Shown here one piece after another: positions 27,559 through 37,728 of a stretch of 64,000 nt of DNA. Made by a program: the position numbers and the translations under genes. How positions within the stretch are numbered: the first letter of the stretch is position 1; each line of letters starts with the position of its first letter. A model generated the notes under the pieces. It was not told where the DNA came from. It saw only the letters and a program-made list of their open reading frames with translations, and made no database searches. Origin of the DNA: an uncultured Nannocystaceae bacterium. GTDB lineage: Bacteria; Myxococcota_A; Bradymonadia; UBA7976; UBA1532. The DNA is taken from positions 4,492 through 68,491 of the forward strand of contig CAYLJJ010000006.1 of assembly GCA_964384025.1 (NCBI GenBank), read 5' to 3'.

Positions 27559-29001
27559 TTGAAGAGCCTCCTAACCCTCCTCCTCCTCTCCATCGCCTGG
27601 GGCAACCGCCCCCCTCAGCTTGAGGCGGTTGGAGATGGGGGGACGTTGAGCCTAAAGCTTAGAAACTCCCAGGTCTATGAGCTTAATCTGCGCGCAGGGG
27701 CTGCTTTGGCGCTCAACTTGGAGCGTCGTGTTGGCGGATATCAGGAGGCGAGCTTCGCTCTGCAATGCCTGGGGGAGCCCAGCCCCAGCCTGAGCCTCAA
27801 GCTGGAGGGGCAACCCCAGATCCTCGCCACTGAGCCCCTCGCTTTCCCCAAGGGTCCCCCAGCCCTCTGGATCAGCTCTGCTCACCAGGGCCGTGCTGCC
27901 TTGGAGGCGCTCCTCCCCGATGGCCTCAAGCTCAAGCATCTCTCTCTAGAGGAGGTCCCTGCTGAGTTTGGGGCTCTACGCTTTGCTCCTCTGATTCTCC
28001 TACAGTTGGGGGACTATCTTCAGCTCTCCGAAGAAGCACAACGCGCCCTTAAAGGGGCGATGGCCTCGGGGGTCACTTTGCTTATCGCGACAGGAGAGGA
28101 TGAAGGCAGCGCTGAAGCCCTCTCTTCGATGGCCCCCGTCCATCTGGGACCCTCAGCGCGGGTTGGACCTCAGCTGGGGCAGGCTCTGGAGCGGATCTCC
28201 AAACGGCGCAGCTTGAAAGCCCCTCAAGAGTTTGTCCGCCTAGAAGCAGATGGAGCCCCGGTACTCCTTGAGTTGCCCTATGGAATCGGTCGATTGCGGG
28301 TGCTCTCGTTGAACCTCTCAGTACTCAGCCCTGGCGTGGTGGCAAAAGCAGCGCTTAAGTCCAGCGATAACCTCGGGCCGGTGCTGCGTTGGCTCGCAGC
28401 AGCTCCCCCGCCCAAGGAGAGAAGCCAGCGGCTCTTTCGAGGAGAGATCTGGCTCTCGCTGCTGCTCTTACTGCCGTTGATCTTGCTCTCTCGTCGTTGG
28501 CCTCGTTTGGCTTTGCTGCTGCTCCTGCCTCTTTTTGTCACCACTCTGCTGCTCTCTCCCAGCGAGGAGAGCTGCCATACAGAGCTGCTTCGAGCCCTGC
28601 TGATCCCTCTCCCAGAGGGGCAACTGTGGGTTGCCAGTGTTGACTTGGAGCTGCGACGGGGGGGGGGGCAAACCCTGATCTCAGGCCCAGGTTACAGCCT
28701 GGATGATGTTCGCCCGGGGGGCGCTTGCCTTCTCAGTGACAAAGAGGGGGCTGCGTGGCTCTTTGAGGGGGAGCCAGGAGATCATCGTCGCTTGAGTTTC
28801 TTTGCCTTCAGCTCAGAGCCGATGGAGGCTCCCAAGGGAGAGGTTCTAGAGCGGCTCCCGAACTGGCCCCCTGCGCCTCTCGCGGGGGCCAGCTTGGGCG
28901 CCCAGCGCTTCTCAATTCCCTGGGCTCCTTCAATCAAAGCTGAAGGCCGTGTGCTCTTAAGCCGAGCACCCAAAGAAAACAAGCGAAAGCACCTTGATTG
29001 A
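27559..29001 (+). CDS. Hypothetical membrane protein
   Basis: Signal peptide plus central hydrophobic pair LSLLLLLPLILLSRRWPRLALLLLLPLFVTTLLLS. Confidence 0.4.
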   Translation: MKSLLTLLLLSIAWGNRPPQLEAVGDGGTLSLKLRNSQVYELNLRAGAALALNLERRVGGYQEASFALQCLGEPSPSLSLKLEGQPQILATEPLAFPKGPPALWISSAHQGRAALEALLPDGLKLKHLSLEEVPAEFGALRFAPLILLQLGDYLQLSEEAQRALKGAMASGVTLLIATGEDEGSAEALSSMAPVHLGPSARVGPQLGQALERISKRRSLKAPQEFVRLEADGAPVLLELPYGIGRLRVLSLNLSVLSPGVVAKAALKSSDNLGPVLRWLAAAPPPKERSQRLFRGEIWLSLLLLLPLILLSRRWPRLALLLLLPLFVTTLLLSPSEESCHTELLRALLIPLPEGQLWVASVDLELRRGGGQTLISGPGYSLDDVRPGGACLLSDKEGAAWLFEGEPGDHRRLSFFAFSSEPMEAPKGEVLERLPNWPPAPLAGASLGAQRFSIPWAPSIKAEGRVLLSRAPKENKRKHLD

Positions 29002-29493
29002 GCTGTGTTCAGCTTAATTCAAACGGGGTGCTCGTCCGCCATGGCGGATGGAGTTAAGCAGCCAATTTCCTGGGCTTGAGCCTGCGGGTATCAGGAACGA
29101 CGATGAAATCCTTAAGAAAATCGGGGATGAGGGGATGGTTTCAGGGGTGACGATGCCTGCGACCTCTTCGAGGACCTTTGACCCAGGCGGAGAGGGAGAT
29201 GAGGAGAAGCTTGAGGGCTGGTGGGAGCGAGATTCTCATGGAGAGGAGAATTGGCTGGTAGCCAGCCCCTGGAGGGCTCATCATCGCTGTTTCTGACCTT
29301 TCAGAGTGGGCTGAATCATCGCCAGATGTCGAGATTGTAATCATCGAAAATCACGGCGGATTTCTGCACGATCCTATTTGTGTACAGGATGACATCTCCC
29401 ATGGCGGATGAGCACCCATTCAAACATTGAGATCGGCTTGCATCTCTTCTCATTTGAGCTAAACTGCCTCCACACAACTCGTTAAGGAACCCA

Positions 29494-30429
29494 ATGAGCA
29501 AAATTTTTTGGTCACTGATCATCGTGGCATTTTTAGGCTGCAGTGATGAACCAGATAAGATTGAACCTGCGAGGCTGGGATTGAGAGGAGAATCTTGTCT
29601 GGCACGCAACGATTGCGACTCAGATTTGGCCTGTATACGCAACATCTGCGCGTTGGATGATTTCGATATCGATTTGGAAGCAAAGAACTGTTTTGTGATT
29701 CAGTGCAAGCAGGAAAGTGATTGCGTAGAATTAAGCCCAGAGTGTCAACACCTGAGAGATGCATGCAACGAAGATATGTCTCGATGTGACATCTTTCATG
29801 AAGCTTGCAATTTTGGATGTGTGGATAATCTATGCATAAATCAGTGTACCAATGACGAGCAATGTAATGGAGTTTGCCACAATGGCGCCTGCGTCGAATG
29901 TACAGGGCCGACTCAGTGTGATGGTGATGAGATATGTCGTGACAATCGCTGTGAAGAGATCTGCAAGGTTGACTTCGATTGCCCGCTCTTCCAAACATGT
30001 AGTAATGGTCAATGTATAGAATCTGGATGTACAACTGATCGAGAGTGCATTGCGGCCTTTGATAACGTAGAAGCTATATGTGATGACAAAAAATGCAAGC
30101 AGCCTTGTGAGATGGATATCGAATGCGGTGACCCTAATGAATGGAATTTCATGTCCTGTGAAGATGGAACGTGCCAATATGTAGGCTGCCAGTCGGATTT
30201 GGAATGCCGAGCAGCTATTTTTGATTATGAATCCATCGATCTTGCTATTGATATAGAGTGTCGTGATGGGGAACCTGGAGTAAATGCATTTGAACCGGTA
30301 TCTCCTGGACCAGTTGTCGGATGTGAAAGCAACCAATTTCAGTGTAGCAACGGAAATTGCATTAATCCAAGATGGCTGTGTGATGGTGATGATGACTGCG
30401 GTGATATGTCAGATGAAAGAGGATGCTGA
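29494..30429 (+). CDS. Cys-rich secreted lipoprotein ending in an LDL-receptor class A (LDLa) module; low-GC gene
   Basis: Lipobox AFLGCSDE, about 60 Cys. C-terminal [35 protein letters not shown]. Local GC about 44%. Confidence 0.6.
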   Translation: MSKIFWSLIIVAFLGCSDEPDKIEPARLGLRGESCLARNDCDSDLACIRNICALDDFDIDLEAKNCFVIQCKQESDCVELSPECQHLRDACNEDMSRCDIFHEACNFGCVDNLCINQCTNDEQCNGVCHNGACVECTGPTQCDGDEICRDNRCEEICKVDFDCPLFQTCSNGQCIESGCTTDRECIAAFDNVEAICDDKKCKQPCEMDIECGDPNEWNFMSCEDGTCQYVGCQSDLECRAAIFDYESIDLAIDIECRDGEPGVNAFEPVSPGPVVGCESNQFQCSNGNCINPRWLCDGDDDCGDMSDERGC

Positions 30430-30620
30430 ATCAGTCCACCACTGTCCCTTATGCTGTGACTGAGAGCAGAAACAGCTGATCCTCCCGCATTTTTTCAGAC
30501 CCTATCTACAGATCTCCAAAGAGAATATTTGGATTGAGTTCAGGCTAAACCCCTACTAAATTCTCCTGGAACGCTCCAAAAATCTCCTCTCAACATCAAC
30601 GTCATTTCACCGGAGGCCCC

Positions 30621-31637
30621 TTGCTCTTCAGATCAGCTCTCACTCTCCTGATCCCTCTGATCGGGCTCTCTGCTCAAGCTCAGGACTGTAAGCAGCCCTA
30701 CAAGAATCCTCAGCCCCTCTCAGAGGCGGAGCGCGCTCTCTTCTGGGGCTCTCCTGAGGACAGCGTCCCTGAGAAGCTTAACGCCACCCGTAAAGATCTG
30801 GAGGACCGACACTACCTCTCTGGTGATGAGCGCTATCTGGAGCTGTTCTACCCCCAAATCAAGGAGATCGGGGGGGGATATATGGGGGTTGGCTCTGATC
30901 AAGGTTACCTCTTTATGGGATGGATGAAGGCTGAGCTGGCTTGGTTTACAGACTATGACCCTTGGATCTCTTGGTTACACCTCTCCTACCACGCCTTCTT
31001 TGAGGTCTCTGAGGATATCGAGACCTTCCGCTCTTGGTGGAAGCCCAAGCGTTATAAGGAGGGGCGAGCGCTCCTCAAAAAGAGGTATGGTGCTCATCCC
31101 AAGTTGAGGAAAATCGAGAATGTCTATATCCGCGCTGCGATTAAGGTTAACCGCCGCCTGCGCAGGCTCCAGAGGCGTCTAAGCGCTGCGAAGATCCCCA
31201 GTTTTATCACCGACGAAGCTCAATACCGCTATGTACGCGAGATGGTGATGGTGGGGAGGGTACGCCCTATGCTGGGGAACCTCCTGGACAAAAAGGGCCT
31301 CCTGGGCGCCTCCAAGGTCGCCAAGACCCTCAAGGTGCCTATCCGAGTCCTCTATCCTTCTAACGCCGAGAGCTATTGGAGATTCTCAGAGCAGTTCCGC
31401 GAGAATATTCGAGGGCTTCACAGCGACGCCTGTGGCTGGGTCACTCGTACCATCGCCATCAAGCCGATCAATGGGGATTATGTATATAACCTGCAACCCA
31501 TCGAAAATTTTAAGCTTTGGTTGGCAGAGCCCTGGGTGAAGCGGGTCCGCCAAGTTGCCCCTATCGGTCATGTTGCAGAGGATCAATATCCCCTGACCCG
31601 AACGCTCAAGTTGCCTGAGAAGAAGAGTAAGAAGTAG
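30621..31637 (+). CDS. Hypothetical secreted protein
   Basis: Signal peptide LLIPLIGLSAQAQD. No motifs recognised. Confidence 0.45.
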   Translation: MLFRSALTLLIPLIGLSAQAQDCKQPYKNPQPLSEAERALFWGSPEDSVPEKLNATRKDLEDRHYLSGDERYLELFYPQIKEIGGGYMGVGSDQGYLFMGWMKAELAWFTDYDPWISWLHLSYHAFFEVSEDIETFRSWWKPKRYKEGRALLKKRYGAHPKLRKIENVYIRAAIKVNRRLRRLQRRLSAAKIPSFITDEAQYRYVREMVMVGRVRPMLGNLLDKKGLLGASKVAKTLKVPIRVLYPSNAESYWRFSEQFRENIRGLHSDACGWVTRTIAIKPINGDYVYNLQPIENFKLWLAEPWVKRVRQVAPIGHVAEDQYPLTRTLKLPEKKSKK

Positions 31638-31690
31638 AGATTAAGAAAGGGGGCTTCTCAGCCCTTTGTTCAGTCGGGAAATATCGAGAT

Positions 31691-32467
31691 ATGAGATCTT
31701 TGGTCCTCCTTAGCCTCTCCTTCTGTCTGGCTTATGCTGCCCCTCGCCCTCATCCTGAAAGGGCGACACAGCAGGCCCCAGACAGGGCAGATTTGAGCGG
31801 CTCGTTGTTTGAAACGCTCTACAATCTGGATTCTGAATTGAGACCCACACCTCTGAGGCCCAGGCCTAAGGAGTGTCACTATCGATCCCGAGATTGGAGC
31901 GTGGTCAAGAAGAAGACCATCTTGCGCAAACGGGTGAGCAAACCCTACTCCAAGGTCACCAAAGCAGAGAGGGCTCCCAAAGAACCTCGCTGTACGCTCT
32001 GCGAAGAGGATCAACGCAGCATCCAGATCGGAAAGCTTCCCACGGTCAAGATCTGTTACATCTATGCCCAACAGGTGGAAGACGCCCTCAGAGATCTTCT
32101 AAAAAATAAAGACTTTAAGATCACCAGCCTACAGGGTTATCGGGTGGGACGTACCCGAGGAGCGATTAAGAATGGGATGCGCTCTGAACTCTCCAACCAC
32201 TCCTTTGGCACCGCCATCGACATCAACCGAGGGCAGAACGGCCTCTATAAACGCTGCAAACTCAAGCACCCCGCGCCGCAGCGCGCAGAGGATCTCAAAG
32301 GCTGTCGTTTGGCTCATGGAGGCGCCTGGGATCCTCGAAGCCGCCCCAGGACCACCATCACCCGTGGAGGGCCAGTGTTTGAAGCTTTTAAGTCGTTCTG
32401 GAGATGGGGTGGGGAGATCCCAGGAGCTACTAAGGACTTTATGCACTTCTCTCTAACAGGAGAATAG
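31691..32467 (+). CDS. Peptidase M15 family (VanY-like D-Ala-D-Ala carboxypeptidase)
   Basis: Signal peptide and SNHSFGTAIDIN (SxHxxGxAxD signature). Confidence 0.7.
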   Translation: MRSLVLLSLSFCLAYAAPRPHPERATQQAPDRADLSGSLFETLYNLDSELRPTPLRPRPKECHYRSRDWSVVKKKTILRKRVSKPYSKVTKAERAPKEPRCTLCEEDQRSIQIGKLPTVKICYIYAQQVEDALRDLLKNKDFKITSLQGYRVGRTRGAIKNGMRSELSNHSFGTAIDINRGQNGLYKRCKLKHPAPQRAEDLKGCRLAHGGAWDPRSRPRTTITRGGPVFEAFKSFWRWGGEIPGATKDFMHFSLTGE

Positions 32468-33727
32468 ATGCGCCTCTTGCTTCTCTGGGGGCTCTCCCTT
32501 CTTTTGATCTGCTCTGCCCAGGCCAAGCGCCATAAGGTTCGCGCAGGAGAGAGCCTCTGGCCCATCGCGCGACGCTATGGCTGTACTGTCAACCAACTGC
32601 GTCACGCCAACGGCCTCAAGGAGGGTCAGGACCTCCTCCAGATCGGCCAGCGTCTGCGCATCCCCTGGTGTAAAGGGAAGCCAAAGAAGCTCGCGAAGAT
32701 CAAGGGTCGCGAGGAGCGCCGTAAGCGCCGCAAGAAGCGCCTCTCGCCCGGACGACATAAGACCGATACCGAGACCCTAGAGCGCCTGATGAGAGCTCAG
32801 GGATTTCGCCCTCCAAGCAACTTTAAGGCTCTGATCTTGGAGATCACCCTGAATCGAAAGCAGACGCGCATCCTCAGCGAACGCCCCTTCTCCTGGAAGA
32901 AGACCTATGATGATTGGCAGGGTTGGAACCCGGCCAGCACCGTCAAGCTCTACCCCGCCATCAGCGCCCTTGAGCGAGTGCGCGCTAAGGGTTTTAACCC
33001 CCTGAAGACTAAAGCCAGCTTCTTTGACCGTCGAGGGCGTCGGAAGCGCACATACTCCATCCGTGAGCTGGTTTTGGAGGCCTTGGATAAGAGCAATAAC
33101 ATCTTTTATAACCGCTTGGTTCAGCTCGCGGGCTATGCGCGTCTCAATGGCCAGTTTTTTACACGCCGTCGAGGCTTTCGTCACAGCGGCATCCACAAAC
33201 CCTATGAGCGCTCCAAGTGGGTGCCGATGACGGGACTCTCCCACTTCAGCAGGGCCCCCAAGATTCAACTCCATCAAGGGCGTCGAATGCGCAGCATCTA
33301 TGGAGGCAAGAGCAAAGGGAAGTTTCACTGTCCCTACAGCGGAGCCTGCACCAGCCTCGCGGATCTGACCTCGACGATGCGCCGCTTGATGCTCCATGAG
33401 CAGCTCCCCAAACGACAACGCTTTCGCCTGAAGCGCGCTGAGCTTGATCTGCTCCGCAGCGCCTTAGCGCGTCGTCATAAGCGGGGGATGGAGGTGGTCG
33501 ACACCTTCACCAAGGCTCTCAGGAAAGAGAGCAAAGGGAAGGTCGTTTTCTTTCATAAGCCGGGTTACTCCGAGGGCTGGATGAGCGACATCATCTATGT
33601 CTATCTCAAGGGAACTCGACGCCGCTGGATCGTCGCCTTGGCGGGCTATAAGGGGCGTGGAGCCCTAAACTCCGCTGCCCACCATATCGCTGCCCTCCTG
33701 GCAGATGATGCCTTTATTAAGGAATAG
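32468..33727 (+). CDS. LysM domain plus class A beta-lactamase / low-MW PBP-like serine hydrolase
   Basis: LysM HKVRAGESLWPIARRYGCTVNQLRHANGL, SxxK motif ASTVKLYP, KPG (KTG-like) near the C-terminus. Confidence 0.6.
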   Translation: MRLLLLWGLSLLLICSAQAKRHKVRAGESLWPIARRYGCTVNQLRHANGLKEGQDLLQIGQRLRIPWCKGKPKKLAKIKGREERRKRRKKRLSPGRHKTDTETLERLMRAQGFRPPSNFKALILEITLNRKQTRILSERPFSWKKTYDDWQGWNPASTVKLYPAISALERVRAKGFNPLKTKASFFDRRGRRKRTYSIRELVLEALDKSNNIFYNRLVQLAGYARLNGQFFTRRRGFRHSGIHKPYERSKWVPMTGLSHFSRAPKIQLHQGRRMRSIYGGKSKGKFHCPYSGACTSLADLTSTMRRLMLHEQLPKRQRFRLKRAELDLLRSALARRHKRGMEVVDTFTKALRKESKGKVVFFHKPGYSEGWMSDIIYVYLKGTRRRWIVALAGYKGRGALNSAAHHIAALLADDAFIKE

Positions 33728-34567
33728 ATGATGTACCTCGCCATACTCCTGCTCAGCGGTCTTTCCACTCCCTGTCAGGCTCCTCCAGAAGGAATGTCCT
33801 GTATCCCCGGCGGCGCCTTCCTCAGAGGTACAGATCGGGGGGATCCTCCTGCTCAACCTCAGAGCAGCGTTGAGGTCGGGACTTTTTATATGGATATCAA
33901 CGAGGTCAGCAACGCCGACTACCGCGTCTGCGTTAAAGCGAAGCGCTGCAAGAAGGCTGGCCCCAAATACAGCGACTTCAGCCGTCCCCAGCAGCCCATC
34001 AATGGCCTGAGTTGGTTTGATGCTCTTAACTACTGCGAGGCGATGGGCAAACACCTACCCACAGAGGCGGAGTGGGAGAAGGCCGCGCGCGGGGTGGATG
34101 GTCGCCGCTTCCCTTGGGGGGATGAGCCCGCCACTTGTAAGCGCGCGGTGATCAAGGACAAACGGGGGCGAAGCTGTGGAGTCAAGAAGGCCAGCGGCAT
34201 CAAACCGGAGACAGGGCGAGTCTGGCTCGTCGCTCAGAAACCAGCGGCGATTCACGGTCTCAGGGATATGGCAGGCAACAGCTACGAGTGGGTCTACGAC
34301 TGGTATAGCGAGAGCTGGGCTGAGTGTGGCGCTGCCTGCCAAGGACCCAATCCCAAAGGCCCCTGCGAAGGCAAGGCTCCCTGTAAAGGCCACCGAGAGC
34401 GAGTCGTCCGGGGGGGCTCATGGTACTGGCCAGGCTTTCATGCCACCACCTACCATCGCCGGGCTCATCTCCCCAGTAACCGCCCCTTTCACCACTTTGG
34501 CTTTCGCTGCGCGGCTTCGCTCGAGGAGGCCAAGGAGCTTAGGAGGGCACCCGCTTCCAATCCTTGA
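33728..34567 (+). CDS. Formylglycine-generating-enzyme (FGE/SUMF1) family domain protein
   Basis: [32 protein letters not shown] and RVVRGGSWY...HFGFRCAA. Confidence 0.75.
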   Translation: MMYLAILLLSGLSTPCQAPPEGMSCIPGGAFLRGTDRGDPPAQPQSSVEVGTFYMDINEVSNADYRVCVKAKRCKKAGPKYSDFSRPQQPINGLSWFDALNYCEAMGKHLPTEAEWEKAARGVDGRRFPWGDEPATCKRAVIKDKRGRSCGVKKASGIKPETGRVWLVAQKPAAIHGLRDMAGNSYEWVYDWYSESWAECGAACQGPNPKGPCEGKAPCKGHRERVVRGGSWYWPGFHATTYHRRAHLPSNRPFHHFGFRCAASLEEAKELRRAPASNP

Positions 34568-35183
34568 GGAAGCTGGCTAGACCTGCATCTGTAAGAGGAT
34601 GCTTGACCAGCTTCATCATCACCTTAAAGGGGATCGTCACCACATGGGCGCCCTGCTGGGCAGCCTCCAGGACATGCAGAGGATGACGGACGCTGGCCAC
34701 CAACACCTCTGTATCAAACTCATAGTTTTCATAGATCTCCATGATCTGAGCGATCAGCTCCATCCCCTCATGACCAATATCATCCAAGCGTCCGATAAAG
34801 GGGCTGATGTAACTTGCCCCCGCTTTGGCTGCCAGGAGAGCCTGAAGGGGAGAGAAGCAGAGGGTCACATTGGTAGCGATCCCCTTCTTTGAACACCAGC
34901 GTGTCGCCTTGAGCCCCTCGGGGGTGAGGGGGATCTTGACTACGACGTTCTTATGCAGATCTGAGAGGGTCTGAGCTTCCTTGATCATCCCCTCATAATC
35001 CAAGGCTACCACCTCGGCGGAGATGGGGCCGTCAACCTCCTTACAGATCTCCATCAGGACCTCATGGAAGGGCCGCCCAGTTTGAGCGATAAGGCTGGGA
35101 TTGGTAGTCACACCGTCCAGGAGACCCAAGCTGGCGGCTTCGCGGATCTCCTCGATCTGAGCGGTGTCGATAAAGAACTTCAT
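34539..35183 (-). CDS. Transaldolase / fructose-6-phosphate aldolase (short type 3B)
   Basis: [33 protein letters not shown] and a Schiff-base lysine region VVVKIPLT. Confidence 0.8.
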   Translation of the reverse strand: MKFFIDTAQIEEIREAASLGLLDGVTTNPSLIAQTGRPFHEVLMEICKEVDGPISAEVVALDYEGMIKEAQTLSDLHKNVVVKIPLTPEGLKATRWCSKKGIATNVTLCFSPLQALLAAKAGASYISPFIGRLDDIGHEGMELIAQIMEIYENYEFDTEVLVASVRHPLHVLEAAQQGAHVVTIPFKVMMKLVKHPLTDAGLASFLKDWKRVPS

Positions 35184-35353
35184 GGCTCTTCCTTATTATC
35201 AACTGAAGAATGAGGGGGCGCACTCTAACAGGGCTCCAATCCAGGGGCCAGCCAACGAAAAGAGCAGGGCTCACAGAGAACAAAAAGAGATCTATCCGTG
35301 CTTTACCATCGGGTTTTGGGGTAGATCTCTCTTAAGCCGCCCCCGAGGTTAAG

Positions 35354-35977
35354 ATGAAGCCTGTAAAACAGAAAGCTCCAGAATATCCACAGCTCACCAC
35401 TTTCCATTTAGAGCGCCGAGAACTGCTGACTCTCTTCGCCAAGGGAGCTGCTTTCCTTGGGGTCTCTTCCAGTCTGGGCTGTGTCCTCCAACCTGAAGAG
35501 AGCGACGCGGGCGGCGCTGGGCCAGGGGTAGATGGGGGAGGGGTTCCTCCTCATGAGCCTCCCATCAGCGGCGAAGTTGATAGCCATCAGTATCCCGATA
35601 CAGGTGAGCCTCCCATGGGCGGCGGCATCGAGCCCTATCCATATCCAGACGCAGGTGGAGAACCTGAGCATCAATATCCAGATATGGGTGAGCCTCCCAT
35701 CGCGGGAGCAGAGCCTCTGCCTCTCGACGCGGGCGGCACTGATCCCTGCGAACTTCCTGAGCCAGGTGAGCCTCCTATGGCAGGGGATATCGCTCCCTAT
35801 GAGCCCCCCGATGCGGGTGAGCCTCCTATGGCAGGGGATATCGCTCCCTATGAGCCCCCCGATGCGGGTGAGCCTCCTGTAGCGGGCGGCGTTATCGATC
35901 CCCATGTATATCCCGACGCTGGCCTTCCTGACGCAGGTGAGCCCCCGATAGCGGGTGGAGATATGCCTTCCGAGTAA
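35354..35977 (+). CDS. Tat-signal secreted Pro/Tyr/Asp-rich tandem-repeat protein
   Basis: RRELLTLFAKGAAFLGV Tat-like leader. Repeats HQYPD, YPYPDAG, YEPPDAGEPPMAGDIAP (two copies), VYPDAG. Confidence 0.5.
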   Translation: MKPVKQKAPEYPQLTTFHLERRELLTLFAKGAAFLGVSSSLGCVLQPEESDAGGAGPGVDGGGVPPHEPPISGEVDSHQYPDTGEPPMGGGIEPYPYPDAGGEPEHQYPDMGEPPIAGAEPLPLDAGGTDPCELPEPGEPPMAGDIAPYEPPDAGEPPMAGDIAPYEPPDAGEPPVAGGVIDPHVYPDAGLPDAGEPPIAGGDMPSE

Positions 35978-36029
35978 AGCCTCTGACCTGCAACACCTGA
36001 TCTTAACTCCCACCCCCTGAAAGCCGATC

Positions 36030-37139
36030 ATGCCTCCCTCTAATGTCCTCTCTCTCTCGCTTAATCACCGCTGCAACCTCCGCTGTCGTTACTGCTATGC
36101 GGGTCCCAAGTTTCAACGGGCGATGCCCCTCTCGGTCGCCAGGAAGGCCCTGAAGCTGGCTTTTGATCGCCCAGGCCCCCTACTGGACCTGCTCTTCTTT
36201 GGAGGAGAGCCGCTGATGGAGCTGGAGCTGATCGAGCAGATCTCCAGTGAGGCTCGCGCCCTGGCTGAGGCTCAGAAGCGCCAGCTCCGTGTCAGCCTGA
36301 CGACCAATGGGACCCTGATCGGTGATGAGCAGATCGCTCTCATCAAGCGTCATCAGATCTATGTGACGGTGAGCATCGATGGCTGCGCTGAGGCGCATGA
36401 TCCCTGGAGGATCTATCCCGATGGTCGGGGCTCTCATGCAGCGACCGTAGAGGGCATTCAGCGCCTGATGGCGGCGGGGATCAGCTTAAAGACGATGGGG
36501 GTGGTGCATCCGGGCAACCTCGCCTTGCTTCCAGACTCCTTTGAGTTTGTTACCTCTCTGGGGCTTAAGCACTTTAAGATCAACATCGATCATGACGCTC
36601 ACTGGAGCGAGCACCTGCTTGATGAGTTGGAAGCGGCGATGGAGGCCACAGCTCAACGCCTGATGGAGCATCTCCGTCGTGGGGAGGATTTTCGTCTGGA
36701 TCCCTTTGATGGTCGCATCCTCAGCCATCTTCATGGAGGCCGCTGTATCGGCTGCGCTTTTGGAGATGGAGAGATTGCGGTGGCCCCCTCTGGGAATATC
36801 TATCCCTGCGAGCGCCTCATCGGAGAGGATGGTCCTGAGCAGGAGGATGTCCTCATTGGACATGTGAGCTTGGGGGTGCTTAAGGATCGTCTGTTGGAGG
36901 TCAACCGGGGGAAGAATACAGTCAACCCCGAGTGCACTGACTGCGACTATCTCAAGCGCTGTGTTTGGTGGTGCGGCTGCGTCAACCGCGCCCATACAGG
37001 CAAGCCCGGAGAGATCGATGAGGTTCTCTGTCGTATGGAGCAGATCAGCATCTCCATCTCAGATCGGATGGCCAGCGCTCTCTTTGCAGAGAAGAACCCC
37101 AGCTTCTTGGCGCGCTATTACAAGCTCAAGCTGGCTTAA
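36030..37139 (+). CDS. Radical SAM / SPASM-domain maturase (anaerobic sulfatase-maturase-like family)
   Basis: CNLRCRYCYAG (CxxxCxxC) and C-terminal Cys cluster CTDCDYLKRCVWWCGCVNRAH. Confidence 0.8.
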   Translation: MPPSNVLSLSLNHRCNLRCRYCYAGPKFQRAMPLSVARKALKLAFDRPGPLLDLLFFGGEPLMELELIEQISSEARALAEAQKRQLRVSLTTNGTLIGDEQIALIKRHQIYVTVSIDGCAEAHDPWRIYPDGRGSHAATVEGIQRLMAAGISLKTMGVVHPGNLALLPDSFEFVTSLGLKHFKINIDHDAHWSEHLLDELEAAMEATAQRLMEHLRRGEDFRLDPFDGRILSHLHGGRCIGCAFGDGEIAVAPSGNIYPCERLIGEDGPEQEDVLIGHVSLGVLKDRLLEVNRGKNTVNPECTDCDYLKRCVWWCGCVNRAHTGKPGEIDEVLCRMEQISISISDRMASALFAEKNPSFLARYYKLKLA

Positions 37140-37654
37140 TAGGGGTTATAGACGGGGATCTTGGGGGGCACGATGGGCTTGGTGGGGGGCCTAAAGTCAA
37201 AGAAGAGGTAGTTGCCATCCTGGCGCAGATCATAGCCCACGATCTCTCTCATCTTGATGATCACCCGGACGATGTTGCCTCGGCGTTGGTTGGCGTCGAT
37301 CCAGGAGATCGCGCTGGGGAACCAGCCCGCTTCAAGGCGCCGCCCATCATTGTGACTCTGAAGTCGGCTGTTGAGGAGATCGATGACGATCTGGTCTTCC
37401 GGACCTGAAACCAGCTCATATTTGGGCCTCTTACTGTTTTGGATAAAGACCCGCCCTCCTTGGCCCAGCATCTGAAAGCCGACCCAAGTGACGATGTTTC
37501 TCTTCCCTTTGCGCTTGATGCGCTTGCCTGGAGCGACCTCCTTGGTGCCTGGCTGAACTCCAAGATAGGGGCCTGTGCGGATCGGCTCCTTTTCTTTGGC
37601 CAGGGTGGTGCTGGAGAGCAAGCTGAGGATCAAGAAGAGAGAGAGTCGAAGCAT
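37136..37654 (-). CDS. Small secreted hypothetical protein
   Basis: Signal peptide MLRLSLFLILSLLSSTTLA. Confidence 0.4.
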   Translation of the reverse strand: MLRLSLFLILSLLSSTTLAKEKEPIRTGPYLGVQPGTKEVAPGKRIKRKGKRNIVTWVGFQMLGQGGRVFIQNSKRPKYELVSGPEDQIVIDLLNSRLQSHNDGRRLEAGWFPSAISWIDANQRRGNIVRVIIKMREIVGYDLRQDGNYLFFDFRPPTKPIVPPKIPVYNPY

Positions 37655-37728
37655 TCCTGGCTCCTGGGCTTTTCCCTGGTTCTCACATTTGGTACCACAG
37701 CCCCAGCTCTCCGTCGAGAATGGGGTGA

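Noticed and set aside
33728-37139. FGE plus anSME-like rSAM as a sulfatase-maturation locus
   Set aside because: No sulfatase (C/S-x-P-x-R protein) is encoded in the window. The two genes are separated by an oppositely oriented transaldolase gene and a repeat protein, so a shared sulfatase role is unsupported.
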